From: Terriglobia bacterium
GTDB lineage: Bacteria; Acidobacteriota; Terriglobia; Acidiferrales; UBA7541
Assembly: GCA_963695545.1 (NCBI GenBank)
Contig: OY968796.1
Coordinates: 2,208,001 to 2,272,000, forward strand
Direction of reading: 5' to 3'
Length of the DNA stretch: 64,000 nucleotides
Below, one piece after another: positions 52,387 to 62,894 of this stretch (the first letter of the stretch is position 1; the number at the start of each line of letters is the position of its first letter). The position numbers and the translations under genes were made by a program. Below the pieces are notes generated by a model. That model did no database searches. It was not told where the DNA came from and saw only the letters and a program-made list of their open reading frames with translations.

Positions 52387-53295
52387 ATGAAGGCACTGAC
52401 TGAGGTTTGTGGAAAGGCGATCGCGGTTCGCGGACGCATCATCCGCATCGGGCACATCGACGGGGACAAGTTCAAGTTCCTGGATGATCCCGAATCTTTG
52501 ATCGCGGGACTGCGAAAATCCGACACGCGGATCGATCTTTTCACTTTCATGCAGGGGCTGCCAGTGAGTTCTCCGAAATATAGCTATCCCATGGAATGGG
52601 ACAATCTGGCCGTTTTGTCGGTCTCGACTTTCGAACAGTGGTGGAATGAGCGCCTCGGCTTCAAGGCTAGGAATAAGGCCAAGCAGGCGGAAAAAAAGAA
52701 GGTTGTCATCCGAGAAGCACCGTTTGACGACAACCTCGTGCGAGGAATCTGGGAGATCTACAACGAGACTCCCGTTCGCCAAGGCAGACCGTTCCCACAC
52801 TACGGCAAGAGTATCGAATCTGTGCGAGCGATGAGCGCGACATTCCTGGACTCGAGCGTTTTTATCGGGGCGTATCTCGGCGAAGAATTGATAGGCTTCA
52901 TCAAACTGACGATGGACGACAGCGGAACGCAAGCCGGAATTCTGCACATCGTTTCGATGATCAAGCACCGCGACAAGGCGCCGACGAACGCCCTGGTCGC
53001 GCAAGCTGTTCGATCGTGCGCCTCCCGAAAAATTCCTTATCTCGTTTACTCTAACTTCGCGTACGGGAAAAAACAGACGAGTTCACTCAGCGACTTCAAA
53101 GAACGCAACGGATTCGAGCGAGTCAATTTGCCTCGCTATTACGTACCCTTGACACCTTTGGGATGGCTCACGCTTAAGTTGGGCCTTCATCGGCAGCTTG
53201 CTGACTATCTTCCCGAAGCGGTGCTATCGAAGGCCCTTGAGTTTCGCGACTCGTGGTACAACCGCAAGTTTCCAGTCCGCACGCAAGATTCCTAA
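52387..53295 (+). CDS. FemABX-like GNAT-fold protein (candidate aminoacyl-tRNA-dependent transferase)
   Basis: KARNKAKQAEKKKVVIRE, WEIYNET..RQ, APTNALV..AV and LSDFKERNG match the Fem C-terminal GNAT pattern. Confidence 0.6.
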   Translation: MKALTEVCGKAIAVRGRIIRIGHIDGDKFKFLDDPESLIAGLRKSDTRIDLFTFMQGLPVSSPKYSYPMEWDNLAVLSVSTFEQWWNERLGFKARNKAKQAEKKKVVIREAPFDDNLVRGIWEIYNETPVRQGRPFPHYGKSIESVRAMSATFLDSSVFIGAYLGEELIGFIKLTMDDSGTQAGILHIVSMIKHRDKAPTNALVAQAVRSCASRKIPYLVYSNFAYGKKQTSSLSDFKERNGFERVNLPRYYVPLTPLGWLTLKLGLHRQLADYLPEAVLSKALEFRDSWYNRKFPVRTQDS

Positions 53296-53306
53296 GGGGT
53301 TAAAAC

Positions 53307-55127
53307 ATGCCAGGAATCGTCGGATTGGTTACGAAAAGACCGCGCGAGTGGGCCGAGCGGCAACTTATGCGGATGGTCGAGGCGATCCGCCACGAGTCTT
53401 TCTATGTGACGGGTACATGGATCGACGAGGAGCAAGGGGTATACGTAGGCTGGGCCGCGCGCGAGAATTCGTTCTCCGACGGCATGCCTCTGCGGAATGA
53501 GCGCAAAGATATCGTCCTGGTTTTTTCCGGCGAGGATTATCCCGAACCCGGCACCTCACGGCGTCTGAAAGAGCGCGGACATGAATGCGAAACAGGCGGC
53601 CCATCGTATTTGGTTCATCGCTACGAGGAGGATCCCAATTTCCTTAGGAATCTCAACGGGCGGTTCCACGGATTAATTGCGGACCGCGCGCGCGGTACGA
53701 ACGTGCTCTTCAACGATCGATATGGGATGCATCGGCTTTATTACCAGGAGTCAACCGAAGCTTTCTATTTCGCTGGGGAGGCCAAAGCGATCCTGCAAGT
53801 CCGCCCTGATGCGCGCAGCGCAGATCCGCGCGGCCTCGGTGAGTTCATCGCGTGCGGATGCGTCCTAGAAAATCGCACGCTTTTCCGCGGTATTCATGTA
53901 TTGCCGCCGGGCTCGGCATGGAGATTTCGGGGCGGCACGCTCGAGCAGAAAGCCAGCTACTTCGAGCCTCGTGAATGGGAAACACAAGAGCCTCTCGATG
54001 CGGAAAGCTACTATCGCGAGCTGCGTGACGTTTTCACGGCCAATCTCCCGCGCTACTTTAACGGCAAGGAGGGCCTCGGAGTATCGCTCACCGGTGGTCT
54101 CGATACTCGCATCATCATGGCTTGGCGCAAGGCGCCTCCCGGCTCGCTGCCTTGCTACACCTTTGGAAGCATGTTCCACGAGAATCAAGACGTCCACTTG
54201 GCGCGCCGGGTCGCAGAAATCTGCGGCCAGCCCTACCAGGTCATCACCGTCGGCGATGAATTCCTGTCGAAGTTCGCACACTATGCCGAGCGATCGATTT
54301 ATCTTTCGGACGCATGCGTCGACCTCAGCCGCTCTCCCGACCTTTACGCGAACGAGAAAGCCCGCGAGATAGCGCCCGTGCGGATCGTGGGCACGTATGG
54401 CAGCGAGATGCTTTTGCACGCAGTCATGTTTAAACCGGGAGAGCCTGCGCCGGGATTATTTGATCCGGAGCTTCTGAAGCAGGTGCATGCCGCTCGGGAG
54501 ACCTACGATGCAATTCGCCGCACCAATCCGGTTACGTTTGTTGCTTTCCGCCAGTCGCCATGGCACCACTACGGTATCCTCATGTTGGAGCAAATGCAGG
54601 TCGCCGTTCGCTCGCCGTACCTCGACAACGATTTAGTCAAGACCGTGTACAAGGCACCCGGCTCAATCGCGGAGAACGAGGCAGCCAGACTGCGCCTCAT
54701 CCAGGAGGGCAATCCAGCGCTCGGGAGATTGCGCACTGATCGCGGGGTCGGGGGGCGCAACATTTTAGCCGCTGGCTTTGCGCGGGCATATTACGAGTTC
54801 ACGTTCAAAGCCGAATATGCTTACGACTACGGCATGCCGCAGAGGGTGGCCCAGATCGATCATTTGTTTGCCTCGCTGCATTTAGAACGACTTTGGCTTG
54901 GTCGCCACAAGATGTATCACTTTCGAGTGTGGTATCGCGACCAGTTGGCCAATTACGTTCGCGAAACGCTGCTTGACTCGCGCTCGCTCGCGCGCCCTTA
55001 CCTCAAACCGGATGCGGTGCGAGCGATCGTCGAAAGTCATCTTAAGGGCAATCGCAACTACACCACTGAGATTCACCGGCTACTTTCGCTGGAGTTGTTG
55101 CATCGACTTTTTGTGGATGCCAGATGA
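53307..55127 (+). CDS. Asparagine-synthase-like amide ligase lacking the Ntn Cys
   Basis: Starts MPGIVG rather than MCGI; LNGRF, NDRYGMHRLYY, SLTGGLDT PP-loop, RSPYLD. Confidence 0.85.
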   Translation: MPGIVGLVTKRPREWAERQLMRMVEAIRHESFYVTGTWIDEEQGVYVGWAARENSFSDGMPLRNERKDIVLVFSGEDYPEPGTSRRLKERGHECETGGPSYLVHRYEEDPNFLRNLNGRFHGLIADRARGTNVLFNDRYGMHRLYYQESTEAFYFAGEAKAILQVRPDARSADPRGLGEFIACGCVLENRTLFRGIHVLPPGSAWRFRGGTLEQKASYFEPREWETQEPLDAESYYRELRDVFTANLPRYFNGKEGLGVSLTGGLDTRIIMAWRKAPPGSLPCYTFGSMFHENQDVHLARRVAEICGQPYQVITVGDEFLSKFAHYAERSIYLSDACVDLSRSPDLYANEKAREIAPVRIVGTYGSEMLLHAVMFKPGEPAPGLFDPELLKQVHAARETYDAIRRTNPVTFVAFRQSPWHHYGILMLEQMQVAVRSPYLDNDLVKTVYKAPGSIAENEAARLRLIQEGNPALGRLRTDRGVGGRNILAAGFARAYYEFTFKAEYAYDYGMPQRVAQIDHLFASLHLERLWLGRHKMYHFRVWYRDQLANYVRETLLDSRSLARPYLKPDAVRAIVESHLKGNRNYTTEIHRLLSLELLHRLFVDAR

Positions 55128-55166
55128 ACGCGCGGCGCCAAGTTCAAGTGGCCGAAAGAATATAAG

Positions 55167-56600
55167 ATGAATCCGACTGTAGCCCTTCTGGTCTTTGGCG
55201 TCGGGATCGCCGGCCTTTTCTACCTCGATCGCGATAAATCTGCCCACACGTCTATCGCCCTCTGGCTCCCGGTCATTTGGGTTTGGATCATCGGTTCGAG
55301 ACCGCTCTCGGCGTGGCTGAACCTTGGCGCGCCAACCACCGACGCCGGCATGCAGGCTATTCAGCTTGATGGAAGCCAGCCCGACCGGATTTTCTTTCAG
55401 ATTCTGGTGATCTTGGCCGCGATTGTCGTCATCGGCCGAGCGATGCGCACGCGAGCCTTTCTCGCGGCGAACTGGCCGATCTTGATATTCTTTTTTTATT
55501 GTTTAGTCAGCGTCCTCTGGTCCGACTTCCCGGACGTCTCGGCCAAACGCTGGATCAAGGCCATCGGGGATCTATTGATGGTCCTGATTGTCGTAACCGA
55601 TGCCGAGCCGATGGCGGCGCTGAAACGATTCTTTTCTCGGACTGGCTTTATGTTGCTGCCTCCGTCAATTCTTTTAATTAAATATTACGGCGATCTTGGA
55701 CGTTCATACGATCCGTGGTTTGGGTTCACTTACATCACCGGCGTAACCACCAACAAGAATTCGCTTGGGGTCATAACATTTACTCTCTCATTGGCTGCAA
55801 TTTGGCGAATTCTCACACTCCTCCGATCGCCTGAATCACCCGACCGCGGCAGGCATCTGCTGGCTCAAGCGGTCTTGCTTGCATTCGGGATATGGATACT
55901 GTCGATCGCCAACTCAGCGACCTCCATCGCGTGCTTTATCGTCGGCGCGGGATTGATGTTGGTCACGGGCCTGCGGGTCTTTAGACGCCGGCCCGAAGCC
56001 GTGCATGCGCTCGTGCTCGCGCTGTTAGTGCTCGCTGGCGCAGCCTTGCTTTTCGGTGGCGAAGGGGAAGTCGTGCACGCGCTAGGGCGGCAAACGAACC
56101 TCACCGGGCGTACGCAGATCTGGGGCCTTGTTATTCCCATGGCGCCGAACGCATTGGTTGGCGCGGGATTCGAGAGCTTCTGGTTGGGCGCGCGTCTCCA
56201 GAAATTATGGCAAGCACTCCCCAATCTGCACCTTAACGAGTCCCACGATGGCTACGTTGAGATCTACGTTCAACTGGGCTGGATCGGACTCTGTTTGTTC
56301 GCGACCGTGCTGATCAACGGCTACCGGAGGTCCGTTGCGACTTTTCGCCATGATCCCGCGCTCGGTAGCCTATTGCTGGCCTATATATTGACTGCGGCGC
56401 TTTATAGCGTCACTGAGGCCGGCTTCAGGATGTTGAATCCCATGTGGATCATCTTTTTGCTCGCAGTCGTAGCCTCGGGCGGCGTCGCATCCGGCGCCAT
56501 CACCCAAACGTCGCAGCCTCACGCGGCGCCCGTGGACGATGTTCGCCCGTCGCCTGCCAAAAACCGCGTTGCCGCCAGATCTTTTGCGAGGAACATTTGA
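55167..56600 (+). CDS. O-antigen ligase / Wzy polymerase family protein
   Basis: About 12 TM helices; NKNSLG, SATS, LTGRTQIW, GAGFESFW, SHDGYVE. Confidence 0.82.
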   Translation: MNPTVALLVFGVGIAGLFYLDRDKSAHTSIALWLPVIWVWIIGSRPLSAWLNLGAPTTDAGMQAIQLDGSQPDRIFFQILVILAAIVVIGRAMRTRAFLAANWPILIFFFYCLVSVLWSDFPDVSAKRWIKAIGDLLMVLIVVTDAEPMAALKRFFSRTGFMLLPPSILLIKYYGDLGRSYDPWFGFTYITGVTTNKNSLGVITFTLSLAAIWRILTLLRSPESPDRGRHLLAQAVLLAFGIWILSIANSATSIACFIVGAGLMLVTGLRVFRRRPEAVHALVLALLVLAGAALLFGGEGEVVHALGRQTNLTGRTQIWGLVIPMAPNALVGAGFESFWLGARLQKLWQALPNLHLNESHDGYVEIYVQLGWIGLCLFATVLINGYRRSVATFRHDPALGSLLLAYILTAALYSVTEAGFRMLNPMWIIFLLAVVASGGVASGAITQTSQPHAAPVDDVRPSPAKNRVAARSFARNI

Positions 56601-58183
56601 AGCCCTTCGATCGCGACGGCAATTTCCGTTCCGTCGTAAGTTCGGATGGGCTGCGGCGGGCGGCTGTCCGAGGCGCCGGGGCGACCATTGGTGCTCAGGC
56701 GGGTAGCTTCGTTGTGCAGATCGGATCAATCGTCGATCCTGGCGCGGTTACTTAGCCCGGCTGATTTCGGGATCGTGACTATGGTCACGACGTTTAGCCT
56801 CCTGTTTCGCAGCTTCGGTTTGAATGGATTCACAGAATTGATCATGCAGCGCGAAGAGATTTCGCGTTCTCTGGCGAGCAATCTCTTCTGGGTCAATCTG
56901 GGCATCAGCACGATTCTCACTTTTGGGTTCGCCAGCGCGGGTCCGTTGCTGGCGCTTTTCTATCATAACTCGGCCGTAGCTCGAGTGACAGAGGGCATGT
57001 CGCTGACGATTGGGCTGAGCTGCCTGGGGTGGATACACTTGGGGCTTTTGCAGCGCGCGATGCAATTCAGGATTGCCGCAATCATTAGTTTCGTTGGGCA
57101 GATCGTTTTGGTGATCGTCTCGATCGTCCTGGCGATGGCGGGATGGCACTATTGGGCATTGGTTTGGGGAATTGTGGCGCAGTCGGCGGTGGGATCAGCG
57201 GGCGCGTGGTTGATGTGCCGATGGGTACCGAGTTGGCCGGCTCGCGCCTCGGGCACCCGTTCAGGGCTGAAGTTCGCGACCACGTTTATGCGCATTTCGC
57301 TTTCAGCTACTTGACGCGCAATACGGACAACCTCCTGGTTGGCTGGCGCTATGGCGCTCAGTCGCTTGGATTTTATAAAAAGGCCTATGACTTGTTCGTT
57401 CTTCCGGAAACCCAGTTGTTGTCACCGGTTTCCGCCGTGGTCGTGAGTACGCTTAGCCGCGTCGTCGGGGATCGCGAGCAATTTAAACGCTATTTTCTGC
57501 GGGCGATATCGGTTTTGGCGCTCGTGGGAATGGGAATCGGAGCGGATTTTGCTTTAGTGGGAAAAGACATCATTCGTTTTCTTCTGGGGCCTGGCTGGGA
57601 AGCGGCTGGCCGAATCTTCGCCTTATTCGGTCCGGGAATCGGAGTGATGTTGCTTTATAACACGCACGGGTGGATTCATCTTTCGATCGGCCGCCCCGAG
57701 CGGTGGTTTCGCTGGGGTTTGATGGAGTTTGTGTGCACCGCGAGTCTTTTTTTGCTGACTTTGCGCTGGGGCCCTTCCGGAATCGCCTTGGCTTGGACGA
57801 TTTCGTTTTTCATTCTGATGTTTCCTGGCTTCTGGTATGCCGGAAAGCCGATTGGAATGGGCATGGGGCCGGTATTTGGCGTCATCTGGAAATTTTTTGC
57901 GGCATCGGCTGCTGGCTGCCTGTGGCACTTTTCTATCGTGATGGCTACGCCGCGTTTTGCGGCGACGCCAGGGGCCGCGGCGCTCTTCTGAGGCTGATTT
58001 TGGTTTCCCTCGTATTTTTCGCATTGTATCTCATCGGAGTGATTGCGCTTCACCGGGGGCTTAAGCCCCTTAAGGAGACGGTCTCGCTTGCTTCACGACC
58101 TGCTGCCCCAACGTAGAGTCGGTGGCGTGAATTCCGCTGCAGCAGTCGATGCGAATGTTGTCGCGCCCATAGCGGAAATCTGA
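56597..58183 (+). CDS. Wzx flippase (WzxC-like), with ~4 apparent frameshifts
   Basis: MKPFD...LRRAAVRG, LARLLSPADFG, RNTDNLLVG..G...LGFYKKAY; frame changes near 56735, 57281, 57985 and 58088. Confidence 0.8.
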
Positions 58184-58289
58184 GAATCGAGGGGCCAACT
58201 TCCGCCCAAACTTGGACGGCGAGTCCGTGGCAGAGTTCTTTTTTGAGCGGCACAACTCCAGGGAATCGGTGCCGAAAGAGGAGATTCCA

Positions 58290-59123
58290 GTGAATACTAC
58301 CATCCGAAGAATTTTAACAGCCAACAGTGTGTCGCGACGGCTCTACTTCGCGGCACGGCAAGCGTACCGAAGCCGCCAGGTGGCGAGGGACGCAGGGCGA
58401 TACTTCCTGAACGCCGACGAATTCAAGAACGCTCTTGTCGCGCGCGGGGTGACTGCCACGGTCGATCTCCGCACGGCGGATGGCCTTACAATCACAATAA
58501 GGCAGAACCACGGCGATGCGGCCACGGTCGGAGAAATCTTTCTGGACGATTGTTACGGCCGCGACCTGACCCTTCCCGACAACCCAGTCGTCATAGACGT
58601 CGGCGGTTTTATCGGCGACTTTTCTTTGTACGCAGTGAAGCGCCTCAACGCGCGCAGAGTGATTGTTTGCGAGCCGTCGCCGCGGAACTGGGCACTCCTC
58701 CTCAAGAACATTGCTAACAACGGTTACGAAGATCGGATCGAGCCGGTGAACAAGGCAGTTACGGATGGCGGGAACGCAATGATGAATATTGACGCCCCTG
58801 ACGAAGACCAGTGTATGGTCTCCGCGTACGGGCCAAGCGGGCAGCCGTTGAGCGCCGTCTCCGGGATTTCCCTGGGGCAGCTCCTCCGGGACCATGCCGT
58901 CGAAATCGTCGATCTGTTGAAGATAGACTGTGAGGGTGGAGAATACGCAATTCTCGAGAGCACGCCGGCCGACGTGCTGAGCCGCATCCGGAATATCGTG
59001 TTCGAGTATCACGATGTCGACGGGGGTAGCTGGGCCAAGCTGGAGAGCGTGAAGCAACGGCTTCTGCGGGAAGGATATGCTCTGCACATGAGTCGGGGTC
59101 TAGTAACGGCTTCGCGTCGGTGA
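58290..59123 (+). CDS. FkbM family methyltransferase
   Basis: VIDVGGFIG, CEPSP.N, LLKIDCEGGE, FEYH. Confidence 0.9.
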   Translation: MNTTIRRILTANSVSRRLYFAARQAYRSRQVARDAGRYFLNADEFKNALVARGVTATVDLRTADGLTITIRQNHGDAATVGEIFLDDCYGRDLTLPDNPVVIDVGGFIGDFSLYAVKRLNARRVIVCEPSPRNWALLLKNIANNGYEDRIEPVNKAVTDGGNAMMNIDAPDEDQCMVSAYGPSGQPLSAVSGISLGQLLRDHAVEIVDLLKIDCEGGEYAILESTPADVLSRIRNIVFEYHDVDGGSWAKLESVKQRLLREGYALHMSRGLVTASRR

Positions 59124-59272
59124 GGCCATCAAGGGGCTTCGGCTTGGTCTCGAGGCCGCTTAGTACAACTCGTATCAGCCGAAAACGCCGACGTCGGCGA
59201 TTATCGCCGTTGCGTTCAGGAAAGAGATGAGACGGCTCGGCGGGGTTTCTTCGGTTTATAGGGAGATGATGG

Positions 59273-60661
59273 ATGAACCGTTCGCGGATCTTGGTGTTGG
59301 CGCCGGACTGTAATCCGGAGCTGGTCAGCATTCCTTACGTGACTTATTCTCATGCGGCAGCGCTCGCCCAACTCCACGACGTCTCCTTGGTCGTCGGGGC
59401 GCCCAGCGAGGCCCCTGTACGCCGCGCAAAGGCGCCGTTCCGCAGCATAGAAGTGGTCCGGACACCATGGCTCGACCGCATCTTTGCGTGGGGTTTTCGC
59501 AATGTCTTAAAAAGCCAATTTGACACGCAGTGGCTGACGGCTTACAACTACCCGTTTTCTCTCGCCTTTGAATGGCGCGCCTGGCGACAGTTGCGGCGCC
59601 GCATCTTTGCGGGAGAGTTCGATGTCGTTCTACGCGTCTCGCCAATGGCAGCAGTCCTGCCGAGTCCATTCGCTTACTTCTTGCGTAAGGGGCCCATACC
59701 GTTCGTGATCGGGCCGGTCACTGGCGGTTTGCCCTGGCCGTCCGGCTTTGACCAGCTCAAGAACCAGAAGGAATGGGTAGCAAACCTGCGGAATCTATAC
59801 CGATATGCGCCATTCGCTCGCTCCACCTATCGCCGTGCGGGAGCGATCATAGCCGCTTCGTCCCAAACGTATTCCGAGTTTGCCGAGTATCGCGACAAAA
59901 TGTTTTTTGTCCCGGAGCCGGGCATCGGTCGCTCCCTGTGTACCGGCGACTCGCGCAGTCCAGAGGCCGGCGCCAAACTTGAGCTGATTTTCGTCGGCGG
60001 CCTGGTTCCCCGTAAGGCTTGCGATCTTGCTTTGCGCGCGGCTGCTCCCCTTTTGCAAAGCGATCTGGCCTTTTTTACCGCGGTCGGCGACGGCCCGGAG
60101 CGGAGCCGCCTCGAGCAACTCACGAAGTCTCTTGGGATTGAAAAGTCTGTGCGCTTCTGCGGCTGGCAGACCCATGCGGAAACGCTAAGTCACTTGCGGT
60201 CCGCGGACGTGATGGTGTTTCCATCCGTTCGCGACAACGGTGCAGGCGCAGTTTTCGAGGCGCTTGCCTCTGGCGCCGTACCTGTGGTCACAGATTTCGG
60301 AGGGCCAGGAGACATCGTTCATTCAGACGTGGGATATAAGGTGCCTCTCACGAATGAGCGCGACATCGTGGCGCGGATGGAAAAGATTCTGAAGGAACTG
60401 GCCCACAATAGGGGTCACCTCGAGCAGTTACGGCGGCAAGGTATGGCTTATGCACGGGAACGCCTAACCTGGGATGCGAAAGCGCAGGATACTTCTCAAG
60501 TGCTGCAGTGGGTCTTGGGTCGGGGCCCGAAGCCAAATTTCCACCGCCTAAGGTGTTGGCTGCCGGCATTGGTTCCTCCCAGCAAGAAGCCGCGCCGCCC
60601 GCCAAAAGCCCGGTGTCGGGATAGACGGTATTTTCAGGAAGCGCGGGATTTAGCAGCGTAA
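59273..60661 (+). CDS. Glycosyltransferase family 4 (C-terminus possibly frameshifted at ~60540)
   Basis: FVGGLVPRK, GDGPER, FPSVRD...EALASG..PVV. Confidence 0.88.
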   Translation: MNRSRILVLAPDCNPELVSIPYVTYSHAAALAQLHDVSLVVGAPSEAPVRRAKAPFRSIEVVRTPWLDRIFAWGFRNVLKSQFDTQWLTAYNYPFSLAFEWRAWRQLRRRIFAGEFDVVLRVSPMAAVLPSPFAYFLRKGPIPFVIGPVTGGLPWPSGFDQLKNQKEWVANLRNLYRYAPFARSTYRRAGAIIAASSQTYSEFAEYRDKMFFVPEPGIGRSLCTGDSRSPEAGAKLELIFVGGLVPRKACDLALRAAAPLLQSDLAFFTAVGDGPERSRLEQLTKSLGIEKSVRFCGWQTHAETLSHLRSADVMVFPSVRDNGAGAVFEALASGAVPVVTDFGGPGDIVHSDVGYKVPLTNERDIVARMEKILKELAHNRGHLEQLRRQGMAYARERLTWDAKAQDTSQVLQWVLGRGPKPNFHRLRCWLPALVPPSKKPRRPPKARCRDRRYFQEARDLAA

Positions 60662-60710
60662 GGACTTCCCCTGGAGAGGTTTTAGCCGCGATCCGACGCG
60701 CCGATGCGGC

Positions 60711-62570
60711 CTAGTTATTTACTGTCGCGTTCACCGTCGCCGGGGGGTCCACGCTGGCTTGCGAATTGCCGGTTGCCAGCGGGTGCGGGTATGGGTACGG
60801 TGTGTAGGCTGCCGTCCACGTGTTTGGCGACAAGCATTCATACAGTGTGCCCTGTGAGCCTACGTCTGTAGCGAAATATCCGACAGCCACACCACAGCTC
60901 GTGGGCCGGTTCGCCAGCGTGCCCCAGCCGGTGCCGCTCGTGCCGTTGAACGGAGTTGAGGGATTTGTCTGTACACCAGACGCCTGATCGTAAAAATCCC
61001 GGTTGGCAATCAGGCGTGTGTTGGTATTGGCATAAATGCCGGGATTGCTGGGGGTTCCGCCGGAATAGGTATCGTCCCATCTGTAGATTGGATCAAGGGC
61101 TTCGCCCACCCAGCCTGTTGGCGTCGGGGTCGTGCCGGAAATGAAGCTCCCTTGGCCGCGCCCCGGCTGCTCTTGGCACACCGTCGCGCGGAGGACTTGG
61201 TAGCTGTCGCCATTGTTGAAACCTTTCCACGGTGAAGGGACTCCACCTATTTCCGCATAGATAGTGATTGTCGTGCTTGTGTTCGACACCACTTCGGCAT
61301 AGAAGCCTTGCGTGACATCGTAGACCGAATAAGGTTCACCGGTTGGAGTTAAGTTCGTGAAACTTTGCGAGTTGTCCGTCATGGTCAGTACGCCGTTTCC
61401 GCTAGTGCTCATGGATCCGTGATAATACTCGGTACCGTCGTTTTGGTCGTAAGCGCCTGCGCCCCCGCAATAGTAAAAAGGAGCGCTCCACGAGCCGAGA
61501 TTCCGATAAACGGCAAGTTCTAGGGCAGTTGAACTTCCAGCGGCGCTGCCAGAGAAAATGAATTGGTTGCCAAAGAACAACCCGGTTCCGCTACGCAATC
61601 CTCCATCAAGGCCAGAGCACCCGCTCGAAGCGGGCGCGCAGTAATAGATGTTGTTGTATACTTCGGCCTCTCTGCCGCCGCGCGCCCTGCCTCCGGAATC
61701 CGTCCCGTGATTCTGGAAAATCCCAAAGCCGTTGCCTGTTACGTGGAAGACGTTGTTACGCACGACGACTCGGCAACCGCCACGATTCGGAAACGTATCG
61801 GCTTGTTCGCAGTCGTTGATGGCATAGTATCCGCCTTTATAGAGCAGATTGTTCTCGGCGAAGATATTATTGGCCCCTCCAAGACTATCTGGTTGAGCCC
61901 AGGAATTGTCACCATACTGGCCCGTACCGAGATAGGTGCCCATTTCTGCGTTGAATAGTTCAAAATCAGCAGGACCAGTACACGGAGTCGTGGATGTGCA
62001 CAAGGTGTTGTGATCCAAGACCCCGAACGCCATTTCCACCAGGACGGCCGCTTCGGAATTTGAGCCGTAAAGCTGTTGCGACCAAGGCGAACCGTACCCG
62101 AACCAAATATTGTCGATCCGAATGTTTGGGCAGCCGCTAGAGGTACAGGTGCCGACCACGTAGACAGGATCGTAAAGTCCACTCGCTCCACCTTGCGGGT
62201 CGATATTCATATTTTGGAGCGTCGTGACATTGTTCGAGGATGAATAGGTCGGCGTGAAATCGAAAATCGGTCCGCTCGTGTTGTCGTCCACAATGGTCAG
62301 ACAGTTGGTGCCGGAACCGGTGGTCGCGGCGCCGCTATTTGGCGTCGCGCCGAGTCCAGTGATCGTGATGCTCTTGGTGATAATCAGAGGAAGTGTCCAC
62401 ACCGAAGTCGATGGGCCGCACGGGATCTGCACCGTGTCACCGTTCACGGTCAGAGCGACTTCCACGGCAACGGCGGCTTCGGCGCTAGATAACGCGGTAT
62501 AGGTGGTCGCTCGCGCCGCCGAAGAACCCAAGGCAATCATCAAGGCGATAAAAATGATTCTGATCTTCAC
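60711..62570 (-). CDS. Secreted G/S/T/N-rich protein, probable right-handed beta-helix
   Basis: Signal peptide; GDTVQIP, GVLDHN, VVRNNVF, EVYNN repeats; C-terminal YTPYPYPHPL. Confidence 0.7.
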   Translation of the reverse strand: MKIRIIFIALMIALGSSAARATTYTALSSAEAAVAVEVALTVNGDTVQIPCGPSTSVWTLPLIITKSITITGLGATPNSGAATTGSGTNCLTIVDDNTSGPIFDFTPTYSSSNNVTTLQNMNIDPQGGASGLYDPVYVVGTCTSSGCPNIRIDNIWFGYGSPWSQQLYGSNSEAAVLVEMAFGVLDHNTLCTSTTPCTGPADFELFNAEMGTYLGTGQYGDNSWAQPDSLGGANNIFAENNLLYKGGYYAINDCEQADTFPNRGGCRVVVRNNVFHVTGNGFGIFQNHGTDSGGRARGGREAEVYNNIYYCAPASSGCSGLDGGLRSGTGLFFGNQFIFSGSAAGSSTALELAVYRNLGSWSAPFYYCGGAGAYDQNDGTEYYHGSMSTSGNGVLTMTDNSQSFTNLTPTGEPYSVYDVTQGFYAEVVSNTSTTITIYAEIGGVPSPWKGFNNGDSYQVLRATVCQEQPGRGQGSFISGTTPTPTGWVGEALDPIYRWDDTYSGGTPSNPGIYANTNTRLIANRDFYDQASGVQTNPSTPFNGTSGTGWGTLANRPTSCGVAVGYFATDVGSQGTLYECLSPNTWTAAYTPYPYPHPLATGNSQASVDPPATVNATVNN

Positions 62571-62894
62571 AGTGGGCTCTCCTGAAATCCGTTAACGTTT
62601 GCGAGTACCGCTTTTGTTACTTCTAACACGGAGTTCGCTTGTTCCGAGAAGAGATCGCGTTTCATCTCCGTATGCTACATTGTTGCCTTGAAGGAAGGCT
62701 AGGCCAACTGTCCCAAGGGCCAGTTTTGGGACACCTAGTGTATCTCATCATCCGCCAGAAACGACCAGAGCCCATATGCCTGAAAATGGTTGGCTTGTTT
62801 GACAGGTAAGGGCTGACTTTCCCGATACGCGACGTGATCGGATCGTGGAGTCGGGCAACGGTGAGGTTGCCACTAGAACTCCCGTGAGGAACAT

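Noticed and set aside
56597..58183. wzx copy 1 as a true pseudogene
   Set aside because: Only single-base shifts with no in-frame stops seen, in an assembly that also frameshifts rpsB; unresolved without reads
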